Below are positions 17,320 through 27,560 of a stretch of 47,082 nucleotides of DNA, one piece after another. The notes under the pieces are model-generated. The model searched no databases and was not told the origin of the DNA. It worked only from the letters and a program-made list of their open reading frames with translations. Source of the stretch: Escherichia phage vB_EcoS_WF5505. Position 1 is the stretch's first letter. Each line of letters opens with the position of its first letter. The DNA is taken from the sequence record NC_073060.1; one strand, written 5' to 3'. The translations under genes and the position numbers were made by a program.

Positions 17320-17645
17320 AAGCGGGACAAGCGGGACGTCCCGATCTGTCCCGTTTTGTCCCGCCCCTGTAAAACTGCATATCTACTCACTTTCATTGCA
17401 TAAACTCAAAGCGGGACAAGCGGGACGTCCCGCTTTGTCCCGCCCCTAAATATGCATACCTATTCAGATTTCGTGCATAAAACAAACGGGACAGAAAGCG
17501 GGACAAACAAGGGGCGGGACAAAGCGGGACAGCACCCCGTCCCCGTCAGTGCTGCCGCGGGTTTCAGCCGATCGGGACAGGCGGGACAACTACCAGTCTT
17601 TCAGACTAGACGGGGGTCAATGGCCCCCCTCGTCTTAGACTGAAT
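17320..17645. repeat. Non-coding iteron/palindrome element A
   Basis: Two tandem units with palindrome GCGGGACAAGCGGGACG/TCCCG.T.TGTCCCGC, then direct GCGGGACA repeats and a GC-rich hairpin; homologous to 44770-44945. Confidence 0.8.
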
Positions 17646-17710
17646 AAGGTTTGTTTGAAATTCGCTGATACAATGTCAATCGGCAACTGCATAAAAAAGG
17701 GGACTGCATA

Positions 17711-20356
17711 ATGGCAGATCAAGCAGCAGGCATCACGCTAAAGGCGGATGTTGCACAAATCAGAACGGCGAATACGGTGCTGGACTCATTCGCGCAGAAG
17801 TCCGAAAACACCGAAAACAAGGTCAAGAAATTAAACGACACCCTCGGCAACTCAAAAAAGGTGACGAGTGACGCCGCGGGCGGAATGGGGAAGCTGGCAA
17901 CTGAATCGCAGCGGGCCGCCGATGGCATGACGAAGCAGGAGCGACTTGCCAACCGCTTAGGCATGTCGACCAAAAACCTGGGCTTCGCATCGCGTAACGC
18001 CGCATTTCAGTTACAAGATATCGCGGTCACGCTCGAGATGGGTATGCCGGTGCACCGCGTCATGATTCAGCAGCTACCGCAGTTAACCGGGGCATTCGGT
18101 GGACTGGGTAACACGCTGCGTTATGTTGCTGGCTTTCTCGGTCCGGTAGGGATCGGCCTTGCTGCGGTAACGGCAACGCTAGGCGTAGGCGTGGCTATTA
18201 CGTCCCGCGCAGAAAACCAGGTAGCGGCGCTGAATAAGACGCTGGCGCTATCCGGTAACATCTCGGGCCTCACCGCTAACCAGATCCTGGTGCTGTCGGA
18301 GAACGCCGAACGAATGGGCGGTTCATTCAGCAAGACGCGTGACACAATTCAGGCGCTGGCGGCGGCAGGTGTGAAAGCGGGTGCTGACTTCGGCGCGCTG
18401 GCGAAAGTAGTGAACGACTTCGCGAAGGTGTCTAATCAGCCGATCGCCGACGTGGTGGAGTCCATCTCCAAATTGTCCAACGACCCGGTGGGCGGCTTGC
18501 GCGCACTGGCGGACAAGTATCACGTCGTTACCGAGGCGCAGATCCAGCAGGTGCAGTCACTGGTTACGACGGGTCGCGAAACGGAAGCGGTTGCGCTGGC
18601 TAACAAAACCGCAGCGGCGTCGTTCACCAGCATGACCAACGAGATCAAGTCCAACATGGGTACGCTTGAGCGGTCGATGAACGTCGTAACATCGGCAGCT
18701 AAATCTATGTGGGACGCCATCCTGGATGTGGGCCGCGCGCAGTCTTCGAATGAATCCGAGATGAAAGCGCGTGAATCATTGCAGCGCATGACCACGGCCT
18801 ACTACGCTGAGATGAAAGCGGTCAACGCTGCCGGTGGGGTAATGACTGAGGCGCAGAAAGCACGAATTAACATGCTTTATAGCGAACTGGTTGCACAGGA
18901 AAAAGTAGTAGCGTCGCTTACCCTGCGCAACCGTGCGGAGCGTGACAACGCCAGCGCCGCGGACAAATCAGCGAAGGCGAACGAGGAGGCCAACCGCACC
19001 GCCCGCGACCGTGCCGCGTTCGAGAAGGAATTTGCCACCAACGCTAAGAAGCGCGCCGACGAGATCGCCCGCCTCAATTTGCTGAATAAGCGCGGTGTGA
19101 TTAACGAGAAAGAACTGGCTGAGGCGGTGAAGCAGGTCAACGAGCGCTACAAAGACCCCGCACCGAAGAAGGCGGCAGCAATTCGCGTCGATGCCGGTGT
19201 TAAAATGCTGGAGGTCGCGCGGAGCGAACTGGCACAGCTTAAGGAGTCCGGCAAGCAGATCGAGGCCAATGCCACAACGCAGACCCGCACGCAGCGCGCA
19301 CAGGCCGCGTTGAATAAGCTGGTGGCGGATAATGAGCAGATGGTCGCAGCAAGCAAGGAGCGCACTCTAACGGCAGCAGAAAAGCAGCAAATGGCTGAGT
19401 TCGAGGCGGTTAAAGCGGTACGAGAGCAGATCGTCGAAGAAGCCAAATTGCTGGACGCGAAAGAGAAGCAGATCAAGGCACACGCCCAGGTCGAGGCATT
19501 CATCAAGAACCAGAATGCCGAGCTAAGGGCCACCGCTGCGGGCTATGCGCTTTCCACTCGCGAAGCGGCTAACCTGCGCGAAGAATTACAGCTAATTGAC
19601 CGCCTTCAGCGTGTCGGGGCTAACGATACCGATATCGACAACGCGGTGTCTAAACTGCGCGAAGTGCAGGAAGCACAGACCGGTGCTAACGCCTCGTTGT
19701 GGGATGGCTTCAGCCGCGGGCTTAAGGATAGCGTGGATGAAATGGGGAACGGCTACACGCAGATGACGTCACTCACAAAATTCACGTTCGGCGCTATGCA
19801 GGACACGATGAACGAGTTTTTCGAGACGGGCAAGCTGAACGCGAAGGATATGGTTAAGTCCATCCTGAGCGAGTTAATCAAGCTGGCTACCTCACAGGCG
19901 TTTAAGTCCATCGTTAGCGCTTTCGGTGGGGACGGCGGCAAAAACGGATTGTTCGGCGCTATCTTCTCTGGCCTTACTAAGAACGCGGACGGCGGAGCGT
20001 ACGCAGGGGGCAATCTCGCGGCCTATTCGGGGCAAGTGGTAAGCCAGCCTACCTTTTTCAGTTATGGCGTTCAGGCGTTCGCTAAGGGCGCTGGATTGAT
20101 GGGTGAGGCGGGGCCTGAGGCAATCATGCCACTGAAGCGCGGGCCGGATGGGAAACTGGGCGTTGCCGCTGCCGGTGCTGGTGGGGGTGGGATGATTGTA
20201 ACAACCAACGTGAACATGGGTACCGGTAAGACGGACACCAGTGTGCGCGGACCGGACCCACGCACCGCGCAGGCGTTCGGAAAGCAAATCACCGAGTCGG
20301 TCAAGGCCGAGATCGTGAAAGCGACGAAACCGGGTGGAGTACTTTACAAACGATGA
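17711..20356 (+). CDS. Tail tape measure protein
   Basis: 881-aa protein with long Ala/Gln/Glu-rich coiled-coil region and Gly-rich C-terminal segment; between GT and tail-tip genes. Confidence 0.85.
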   Translation: MADQAAGITLKADVAQIRTANTVLDSFAQKSENTENKVKKLNDTLGNSKKVTSDAAGGMGKLATESQRAADGMTKQERLANRLGMSTKNLGFASRNAAFQLQDIAVTLEMGMPVHRVMIQQLPQLTGAFGGLGNTLRYVAGFLGPVGIGLAAVTATLGVGVAITSRAENQVAALNKTLALSGNISGLTANQILVLSENAERMGGSFSKTRDTIQALAAAGVKAGADFGALAKVVNDFAKVSNQPIADVVESISKLSNDPVGGLRALADKYHVVTEAQIQQVQSLVTTGRETEAVALANKTAAASFTSMTNEIKSNMGTLERSMNVVTSAAKSMWDAILDVGRAQSSNESEMKARESLQRMTTAYYAEMKAVNAAGGVMTEAQKARINMLYSELVAQEKVVASLTLRNRAERDNASAADKSAKANEEANRTARDRAAFEKEFATNAKKRADEIARLNLLNKRGVINEKELAEAVKQVNERYKDPAPKKAAAIRVDAGVKMLEVARSELAQLKESGKQIEANATTQTRTQRAQAALNKLVADNEQMVAASKERTLTAAEKQQMAEFEAVKAVREQIVEEAKLLDAKEKQIKAHAQVEAFIKNQNAELRATAAGYALSTREAANLREELQLIDRLQRVGANDTDIDNAVSKLREVQEAQTGANASLWDGFSRGLKDSVDEMGNGYTQMTSLTKFTFGAMQDTMNEFFETGKLNAKDMVKSILSELIKLATSQAFKSIVSAFGGDGGKNGLFGAIFSGLTKNADGGAYAGGNLAAYSGQVVSQPTFFSYGVQAFAKGAGLMGEAGPEAIMPLKRGPDGKLGVAAAGAGGGGMIVTTNVNMGTGKTDTSVRGPDPRTAQAFGKQITESVKAEIVKATKPGGVLYKR

Positions 20357-20392
20357 TAAAATGGCCCTCACATACAACGTGGGGGCTTTTTC

Positions 20393-20992
20393 ATGGCACA
20401 AGGTACAATCACACTAACGAACGGAAGTAAGACCGTCACGGGCGCGGGACGGCGTTCCTGGAGCGAGATCGGGAAGGTCCGCGTATTTGCCCGCATCGAC
20501 GGCAACGACTACACCGGCAAAATTGCAGCATTCAACTCTGATACAGTCATCACCCTGGTGGATAACTGGGCCGGTCCGACAAAAGCCGGTGCAGCCTACG
20601 AGCTAATCGAAGCGCACGACCCGCGATCAAACGAATGGCCCTATTACTGGCACATGCAATTGCAAGGTGGCGGCGACGTGCAGTTGGCTTTCCGGTCGGA
20701 GGAATTGCAATTCGGCAATGGCTACGGGCAGAACATCGCGGATGGCCCGAACGCCGAGACGAAACAGTTCCCCGTGCAATTCATCGGACTGACTACTGAC
20801 AAGTGGTGCGACCCTAAACTGGTGTACAACTTCCTTCGCGGGCATTTCGTCAAGCCGTTTGTAGTCACCGCGCCTGATGGTGAAACAGGTTTATTCGTGG
20901 TCGAGCGTTCGAGCTTGTCGTACACTGACAACGGACACTACACGGCAACGGTATCCGCCACCCTTAAGACTGCTATTGGATTTGTAAGATGA
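20393..20992 (+). CDS. Distal tail protein (gpM position)
   Basis: First gene after tape measure; N-terminal MAQGTITLTNGSKTVTGAG shared with the tail fibre. Confidence 0.5.
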   Translation: MAQGTITLTNGSKTVTGAGRRSWSEIGKVRVFARIDGNDYTGKIAAFNSDTVITLVDNWAGPTKAGAAYELIEAHDPRSNEWPYYWHMQLQGGGDVQLAFRSEELQFGNGYGQNIADGPNAETKQFPVQFIGLTTDKWCDPKLVYNFLRGHFVKPFVVTAPDGETGLFVVERSSLSYTDNGHYTATVSATLKTAIGFVR

Positions 20993-21771
20993 ATAAACTC
21001 TATCGTGAGGCGACGCGCTTTGACCCATCGGGCCGCGTTCGCCTGATTCACATTGATGCGCAGGACGTGGAGCCGGGCGACGGCGCGATCGGCGCGGGCC
21101 ACCATTATTTCCATTACTGCTTTATTCCGCACACTGCCGAAGATATTGCTGCCGCTGGGGGTGACGAGGGCAAGCTAAAGCCAAAATCTATCTTCTTCGG
21201 CGGGCAGGAGTTCGAATTTTGGCCCTTCGATTTGTCTGGCCTCAACTTCTCCACATCAACGGCAGCAGAACCGCAGCTAACCATCGTCGATATTGGCGGG
21301 ATTATCACCCGGCTGTCACTGAATCACGACCAGCTACTGGGCGCGAAGGTTGAAATCATCGACACGTTTGCGAAGTTCCTGGACAACGGCCGATCCAGAC
21401 CCGACTCAGAAACGGTCCAGGAGTTTTACATCGACTCACAGGTCGGTCGCAATCCGGGCAAACAAATCACCTTCGCATTATCCTCACCCGCGGATATGGA
21501 GGGGCAAGTCGTCCCGCGCCGCCAAATCATGAATATGTGCGAATGGGCGCTCAACGGAAGTATGCCAGCGGGACGGGTGCACGTGGAACCTGCACAACCA
21601 GGCATCAAGTATTATGACGAACGCGGTAATGAAGTCATCGCGATGGAGATGGACCGGTGCGGCGGCTGTTTGTCCGACTGTTATCTTCGATTCGGACAAG
21701 GGCTTGCAGATCCGAAAGCGGCGGTACTGGATTACGGCGGCTTTCCGGGGTCCAGATTAATTAAGGGGTAG
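20989..21771 (+). CDS. Minor tail protein L-like
   Basis: 260 aa, C-terminal Cys cluster DRCGGCLSDCY like the lambda gpL Fe-S site; position in M-L-K-I-J order. Confidence 0.75.
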   Translation: MNKLYREATRFDPSGRVRLIHIDAQDVEPGDGAIGAGHHYFHYCFIPHTAEDIAAAGGDEGKLKPKSIFFGGQEFEFWPFDLSGLNFSTSTAAEPQLTIVDIGGIITRLSLNHDQLLGAKVEIIDTFAKFLDNGRSRPDSETVQEFYIDSQVGRNPGKQITFALSSPADMEGQVVPRRQIMNMCEWALNGSMPAGRVHVEPAQPGIKYYDERGNEVIAMEMDRCGGCLSDCYLRFGQGLADPKAAVLDYGGFPGSRLIKG

Positions 21772-21773
21772 TC

Positions 21774-22514
21774 ATGTTAACGAAAAAGGTTAAGAGCGAT
21801 ATCGCCGCACACGTTGCGGCATGTCTGCCGGAAGAAGCGTGTGGCCTGGTTGTCATGGTGGGTCGTAAGCAAGTATTCATCCCGTGCCTGAACGTATTCG
21901 AAGACCCTACCGGCGCGCGCTCGCGTAAGGACGCGTTTACAATTAGTGATATGGCATGGATGGACGCCGAGGATATTGGTGACGTCGTGCGCGTAGTCCA
22001 CTCACATCCAGGCCAGCGGGAGTTAACCCCGTCATTGGGCGACGTTAACGGATGCAACGGCAGCGGCATTGTGTGGACCATCGCCAATGAGTATGGCGAC
22101 TTTATCGAGATCGACCCGGAAGACCCGCCGCTGGTAGGTCGCCGATTTGTTCTCGGAATTACGGATTGCTATGGCCTCGTCATGGACTGGCACAAAAAAC
22201 AGGGCGTGATTCTGCCTGACTTCCGCGTGCCGTATAACTGGTGGGAAATGGGCGAAAGCCTGTACATGGATAACTGGTATGATGCGGGATTCAGGGAGTG
22301 CGAGGAGAATACACCGGGGGCAATGGTCATCATGCAGATTAGCGCGCCAGTGCCTAACCATGCTGGGATCTTCCTTCCGGGCAACCAACTACTACACCAT
22401 ATCTACGGCAGCTTGTCGAGCGTGGTCCCCTTCCGGGCAGGATTTTTCCGCGACAATGTGGTTAAATGGGTGCGTCATAAAGACTTACCTGGGGATATTA
22501 CAGAATGGCAATGA
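21774..22514 (+). CDS. Tail assembly protein K-like (MPN/JAB + NlpC/P60 type)
   Basis: HSHPGQ metal-binding motif typical of gpK; 246 aa; between L-like and I-like genes. Confidence 0.8.
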   Translation: MLTKKVKSDIAAHVAACLPEEACGLVVMVGRKQVFIPCLNVFEDPTGARSRKDAFTISDMAWMDAEDIGDVVRVVHSHPGQRELTPSLGDVNGCNGSGIVWTIANEYGDFIEIDPEDPPLVGRRFVLGITDCYGLVMDWHKKQGVILPDFRVPYNWWEMGESLYMDNWYDAGFRECEENTPGAMVIMQISAPVPNHAGIFLPGNQLLHHIYGSLSSVVPFRAGFFRDNVVKWVRHKDLPGDITEWQ

Positions 22515-23122
22515 CCACATTTAAATTGTACGGCGTCTTAGGACGTCGTTTTGGTAAAGTGCATAAGCTGGACTGTTTCACACCTGGCGAGGGTATCACC
22601 GGCCTATGCGTGAAGTTACCAGGCTTACAGGACTTTCTAATGTCGGCCCACCTGAACAGCATGATGTTCAAGGTGCGCAAGGGCAAGCACACAATGACCA
22701 GCTACGACGAGTTGGGCGAGTTCCACGGCGACCGCGTAGTTACCATCGCGCCAGTCATGACTGGTGCTAAAAGCGGACTTGGACAATTGCTGGCGGGCGT
22801 AGCTATCGTGGTGGCGTCGTTCTATACCGGTGGGCTTGCCGCTGCCGCTTTCGGTGCTTCCGCTGCTACCGCTGCCGCTATTGGAACGGCGACGTTTTCG
22901 TTCGGTATGTCGCTTGCGCTGGGCGGCGCTATGCAATTGCTGTCACCGCAGCCGAAAGGATTGCAGACACGGCAGGACGTGGATAACAAGGCGTCGTATG
23001 CGTTTGGCGGGCCTGTAAACACGACCGCGCAAGGTACGGCACTTGGTGTATTATGGGGCGAGCGTGAGATCGGCGGCGCTATTATTTCAGCCGGAATTGT
23101 AACCGAGGATTTGAACGAATGA
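22505..23122 (+). CDS. Tail assembly protein I-like
   Basis: 205 aa with Gly/Ala-rich hydrophobic C-terminal half; immediately upstream of and coupled to J-like gene. Confidence 0.65.
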   Translation: MAMTTFKLYGVLGRRFGKVHKLDCFTPGEGITGLCVKLPGLQDFLMSAHLNSMMFKVRKGKHTMTSYDELGEFHGDRVVTIAPVMTGAKSGLGQLLAGVAIVVASFYTGGLAAAAFGASAATAAAIGTATFSFGMSLALGGAMQLLSPQPKGLQTRQDVDNKASYAFGGPVNTTAQGTALGVLWGEREIGGAIISAGIVTEDLNE

Positions 23123-26100
23123 CGATTGTATACGACGTCACGGGTCATAAAGGCGGCGGTGGCAAACAGCACACCCCACAGGAGACGCCTGATAGCCTGC
23201 ATTCGCTGGCTAAAATCCGCATCTTGCTCGCACTGGGCGAGGGCGAATTTGAAGGCATTCCCGACCCTAACGAATTACGGCAGCGTGTATACCTGGACGG
23301 CACACCGATCCAGAACGCCGACCTGTCGGATAACTTCCCCGGCGCGCGTGTGGAGTTCCGCCCCGGCACGCAGCACCAGGATGTGATTCACGGTTTTTCA
23401 GCGGTGGAAAGCGAGCAAACAGTAGGCGTAAAACTGGAGAACGGCGCGCCGTGGGTGCGCCAGATTTCGGACACCAGTTTGGACGCCGTGCGCATTCGAA
23501 TCGGTATTCCGGCCCTGTACACCAACGAAGATAATGGCGACCTGGTGGGCGGGCGCATCGACTATAAAATCGTTGTGTATACCGACAATGCTGATCCGCG
23601 GGAGTTTACATTCGCTGCCGTTGGTAAAACAATGTCGCTGTATGAGCGCGATCACCGAATCGAATTACCGCCGAACGTTAACACCGGCTGGCGCGTGGAG
23701 GTGCACCGCACAACGGCAGACTCCACATCGGCAAAAGCGGTCAACGATATTCAGGTACAATCCATTACTGAGATTATCGACGCCCGCCTGCGATACCCGC
23801 TAACCGCGCTGTTGTTCGTGGAGTTCGATGCTAAGGCGTTCCAGAACATCCCGCGTGTGTCCATCAAGTGCAAAGGCCGCAAAGTGCTGGTGCCGAACAA
23901 CTACGACCCGATTAATCATACCTATTCTGGTGACTGGGACGGCACATTTAAACGCGCCTGGACGGATAACCCTGCGTGGCACTGGTACGATATTTGTATT
24001 ACTGAGCGCTTCGGCCTCGGTCGTCGTGTCAAGCCACAAATGCTAAACCGTTACGCACTCTACCAGATTTCGCAGCGCTGCGATCAGATGGTCAGTGACG
24101 GCAACGGCGGTCAGGAAATCCGATTTAAGAATGATATGTACATTCAGTCGCAGACCGACGCCTGGACCGTGCTGAAGGATTTAGCGGCTATCTTTGCGGG
24201 CATGACCTGGTGGGGCAACCAGATGTTGAATATCGTCAGTGACCAGCCTGTCGCAGCGGTATCGCATACTATCACCAACGCCTCGGTCATTGATGGTCGA
24301 TTCGACTACGCATCGGGAAGCCAGAAAACTCGGTATTCCACGTTCTCGGTAGCCTACGGCAACCCGAAGAACCACTATGATGACGCCATCGCAACGGGTC
24401 AACGTGTCGAACTGGTGCGCCGCCATAAGATTAACCGCCTTGATATCACGGCGATCGGCTGTACGCGAGAATCTGAAGCGCAACGCCGCGGGCACTGGGC
24501 GCTAATCTCCAACCAGCTTGACCAGCAAGTCAGCTTTAAGGTTGGCATGGAGGGGTTATTCTTTATTCCGGGGAGCGTAGTCGCGATCGCAGATACTAAC
24601 ATTTCTGGCGGCTTCGAGACACGCGGCGGACGCCTGTTGTCAGATCCAGGCACGCGCACCGTGCTGAACACGGACAGCGAAATCACGTTCCGCCCTGGTG
24701 ATAAATTCCTGGTGCGCACCGATAGCGGTAATGTGGAGACTCGCGAGATTGCCAGCGTCAACGGCAACCAGGTCACGCTAAAAACCGCACTGGACTCCGA
24801 CCCGATTCCCGATCAGCCGTTTTGCGTTGATGGCGATGATATCCAGTTGCAGAAGTTCCGCATCACAGACCTGGAATATGACGACGCTACCAGCACTTTT
24901 TCGGTGCGCGGGATTGAGTACAACGATAGCAAATATGATGCCGTTGATAATGGCGCGCGTCTTGATCCGGGTATCTTCACGCAAGTGCCGGACGGAGTAA
25001 TGAAGGGGCCAGAATCCGTTACCATCACCCCGTCGCAGATTTCATCGCAAGGCCAGCTAATCACCAACGTGGACATTGTATTCCCGCCGGTGAAGGATGC
25101 CGTTGTGTACGAAATACAGTGGCGACGTACCAGCTTGCAGAATCTGGAAGTACAGTGGGGCAACGACTGGGTGAACATCCCCCGCACGGCATCGAACGGC
25201 GCGCACATCCCGAACGTGTTTTCTGGTAACTACCAGGCACGCGTCCGCGCTATCGGTATGGGCGAGATTTCATCCCCGTGGGTGTCATCCGAAATCACGC
25301 CGGTCGAGGGCCGTCTTGGCGGGCTAAACGCGCCAATCATTACCAACGCGATTTCGGGCCTTCATCAAATTTTGTGGAAGTGGAATCACAACAACGCCGC
25401 GACGGATATTTCGTATACCGAGCTTGAAGTGCGCAAGCTGGGTGAGACTGAATGGAAATTCTTGACCAACGTCCCATATCCGGGGTCGGACTATGCGCAA
25501 ACGTCGCTGGAATTCGGGATCTACCAGCAGTTGCGCGCACGCGTAGCGGATAAAATCGGCAACCTGTCGGACTGGTCAGACCCGTTTGACGGTCAGGTGA
25601 GTGACAAAGTTGACGAGTACATGCAGGGGCTTGATGACGAGTTCTTGACTTCCGAGGACGGTAAACACTTCCAGGAAGCAATCGACACCATTCCACAAGG
25701 CATTTACGAGGCCATGCTCACCGACGCGCAGCAGTTGTTTAACGCCCGCTCCGAGTATCAAGGGATTTATGCGGAAATCAAGGTGGCGTACAACGTTGCG
25801 GTGGACGCAAACGAGGCCGTAGCGCAACTGGAAACGCTGATCGGCACGCGCCTTGACGATGCGGAAGCGTCAATCCACACGTTGCAGACTGCGCAAAGCA
25901 CGCACGAACAAGCGTTCGCCCAGTATCAACAAACTGTTGCCGCTAAGTTCGGGGAACAGGAAGCTGCCATCCAGCAGGTACAAACGGCAACGGCAGACGT
26001 AGCGGGCGCGCTGGCTGAGTATAAGACCCAGGTAGCGGCACAGTTCGGTCAGCAGTCCGCAGCGATCGAGCAGAAGATGACGTCTTCGTTTAACCATGCT

Positions 26101-26565
26101 GGCGGTAGCGCCACCTACAGCCTTAAAGCTGGCGTGACGTATAACGGGACTTACTATGATGCCGGTATGCAGCTTTCCGTTGTGGCGGAAGGTGGCGCGG
26201 TTAAATCTCGCATCGCGTTCAAGGCGGACCAGTTCTACATCATGCACCCGTCGAATGGGTCGCTTTCGTCCGCGTTTATCGTCGACGGCGGTCAGGTGTA
26301 CATTGACACGGCGCGCATCAAGAATGCGTCCATCAACTTCGCACAGATCACGGACACGCTGCAATCCAATAACTGGAATCCGGGTAACAGCGGCTGGCGA
26401 ATCGCGAAGGATGGCGGGGCGGAGTTCAACAACGTAACGGTACGCGGCAACTTGTTCGCGACTACGGGTAATTTCGGATTCTCCGGCGGGTCCGTTACGA
26501 TCGACGCAACGGGCGTCAACGTGCCATTACCTGGAGGGGGAAGGGTTAAAGTCGGGACGTGGTAA
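23119..26565 (+). CDS. Central tail fibre / host specificity protein J-like
   Basis: 1148 aa; N-terminus KQHTPQETPDSLHSLAKIRILLALGEGEFEG and YSGDWDGTFKRAW resemble lambda gpJ (recalled). Confidence 0.9.
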   Translation: MTIVYDVTGHKGGGGKQHTPQETPDSLHSLAKIRILLALGEGEFEGIPDPNELRQRVYLDGTPIQNADLSDNFPGARVEFRPGTQHQDVIHGFSAVESEQTVGVKLENGAPWVRQISDTSLDAVRIRIGIPALYTNEDNGDLVGGRIDYKIVVYTDNADPREFTFAAVGKTMSLYERDHRIELPPNVNTGWRVEVHRTTADSTSAKAVNDIQVQSITEIIDARLRYPLTALLFVEFDAKAFQNIPRVSIKCKGRKVLVPNNYDPINHTYSGDWDGTFKRAWTDNPAWHWYDICITERFGLGRRVKPQMLNRYALYQISQRCDQMVSDGNGGQEIRFKNDMYIQSQTDAWTVLKDLAAIFAGMTWWGNQMLNIVSDQPVAAVSHTITNASVIDGRFDYASGSQKTRYSTFSVAYGNPKNHYDDAIATGQRVELVRRHKINRLDITAIGCTRESEAQRRGHWALISNQLDQQVSFKVGMEGLFFIPGSVVAIADTNISGGFETRGGRLLSDPGTRTVLNTDSEITFRPGDKFLVRTDSGNVETREIASVNGNQVTLKTALDSDPIPDQPFCVDGDDIQLQKFRITDLEYDDATSTFSVRGIEYNDSKYDAVDNGARLDPGIFTQVPDGVMKGPESVTITPSQISSQGQLITNVDIVFPPVKDAVVYEIQWRRTSLQNLEVQWGNDWVNIPRTASNGAHIPNVFSGNYQARVRAIGMGEISSPWVSSEITPVEGRLGGLNAPIITNAISGLHQILWKWNHNNAATDISYTELEVRKLGETEWKFLTNVPYPGSDYAQTSLEFGIYQQLRARVADKIGNLSDWSDPFDGQVSDKVDEYMQGLDDEFLTSEDGKHFQEAIDTIPQGIYEAMLTDAQQLFNARSEYQGIYAEIKVAYNVAVDANEAVAQLETLIGTRLDDAEASIHTLQTAQSTHEQAFAQYQQTVAAKFGEQEAAIQQVQTATADVAGALAEYKTQVAAQFGQQSAAIEQKMTSSFNHAGGSATYSLKAGVTYNGTYYDAGMQLSVVAEGGAVKSRIAFKADQFYIMHPSNGSLSSAFIVDGGQVYIDTARIKNASINFAQITDTLQSNNWNPGNSGWRIAKDGGAEFNNVTVRGNLFATTGNFGFSGGSVTIDATGVNVPLPGGGRVKVGTW

Positions 26566-26570
26566 ATGAG

Positions 26571-26595
26571 AAGGGGCCATCCGGCCCCTTTTTTA
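26571..26595. terminator. Bidirectional rho-independent terminator (GGGGCC-N-GGCCCC family)
   Basis: AGGGGCCATCCGGCCCCT flanked by A-run and T-run; between J (+) and minus-strand gene. Confidence 0.7.
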
Positions 26596-27558
26596 ATACA
26601 TGTTAGGTATGACGAGTAACGGGGTTGGGACGGCTATGTTGCGGTTAGGCATCTGGAATTGCTGCCGTGAGTAGTTACCGATTACGCGATTACGCGCCGC
26701 ACTAACCACGTTGCCCGCCATGCGTATCCCGTTCATTCGAACGTGGTTGTAGCCGCTGTTGTTCTCAATGAGCGCGCCGGTATATGAAAGCTGTACGAGG
26801 CTATTACCGATATTCTGACCGCCGGTGCCGATATTAATTACCGAATTGAGCACAAACGGCTTGTTAACGGTCGAGAACGTGACCTGCCCCTGGTTGTTCG
26901 TCATGGTGATACCAGTCCCCGGTGATGGAGGCGTATTGTTGAAGATAACCAGATCCAAGTCCACTTCGGCCCCGACGTCATCAATCCCGCCATAAGACGA
27001 ATTGCGGACGATGATACTACTACCATCGAAGCCTACCGATACGTTGCCATTATCCCAGCGCGCGAACGGGATACCGCCCACAGGCAAAGGCATACTACCG
27101 TTCACGTGCACGCGCTGCGCGTAGCGGCAGGTCATTAACCGGGACACGTTGGAAATCGCGGTGAAGTCTGTCGAGTTCGCCACCAGTAAGCCCGCATTGC
27201 GTGACCCCACCGGCAGCACTTCCATAATTATACCAGCCCATTGCGGGAGGCCGCTGTATGCGTTATGCGCGTCCGCGCCTCGAAGGATAATTCCACTATC
27301 CCCGTTGCGCTGTACCGACGTCACGTAGAACGGGTCGGGGAGAACCAGCGTCTGGTCGAACACCTCAAGCACTTCTACCGGGCGCGTGAGTGCAACGACA
27401 AGGTCCGACCCTGGTGTTAGCGGGGTATTAATGGTCAGCGTCTTGTCGGACTGGCAGCGCTGATCAAACGTAGTGCAGTATGACGGAGCGCGCAAACCGG
27501 CAGTTATCTCCATAATCGGTCGTCCGTCGTTGTAGTCGATGAGTATTCCAGCGCCCAT
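26593..27558 (-). CDS. Putative receptor-binding protein (about 321 aa, Gly/Asn/Ser/Val-rich)
   Basis: Minus-strand gene between J and tail fibre, coupled to an upstream lipoprotein gene; ATG with GGGAG RBS. Confidence 0.45.
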   Translation of the reverse strand: MGAGILIDYNDGRPIMEITAGLRAPSYCTTFDQRCQSDKTLTINTPLTPGSDLVVALTRPVEVLEVFDQTLVLPDPFYVTSVQRNGDSGIILRGADAHNAYSGLPQWAGIIMEVLPVGSRNAGLLVANSTDFTAISNVSRLMTCRYAQRVHVNGSMPLPVGGIPFARWDNGNVSVGFDGSSIIVRNSSYGGIDDVGAEVDLDLVIFNNTPPSPGTGITMTNNQGQVTFSTVNKPFVLNSVINIGTGGQNIGNSLVQLSYTGALIENNSGYNHVRMNGIRMAGNVVSAARNRVIGNYSRQQFQMPNRNIAVPTPLLVIPNMY

Positions 27559-27560
27559 TA

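Noticed and set aside
17320-17645. Possible CRISPR array suggested by the GGGACA repeats
   Set aside because: Repeats are only 7-8 bp, irregularly spaced and partly palindromic, with no uniform spacers or cas genes; better explained as iterons or binding sites.
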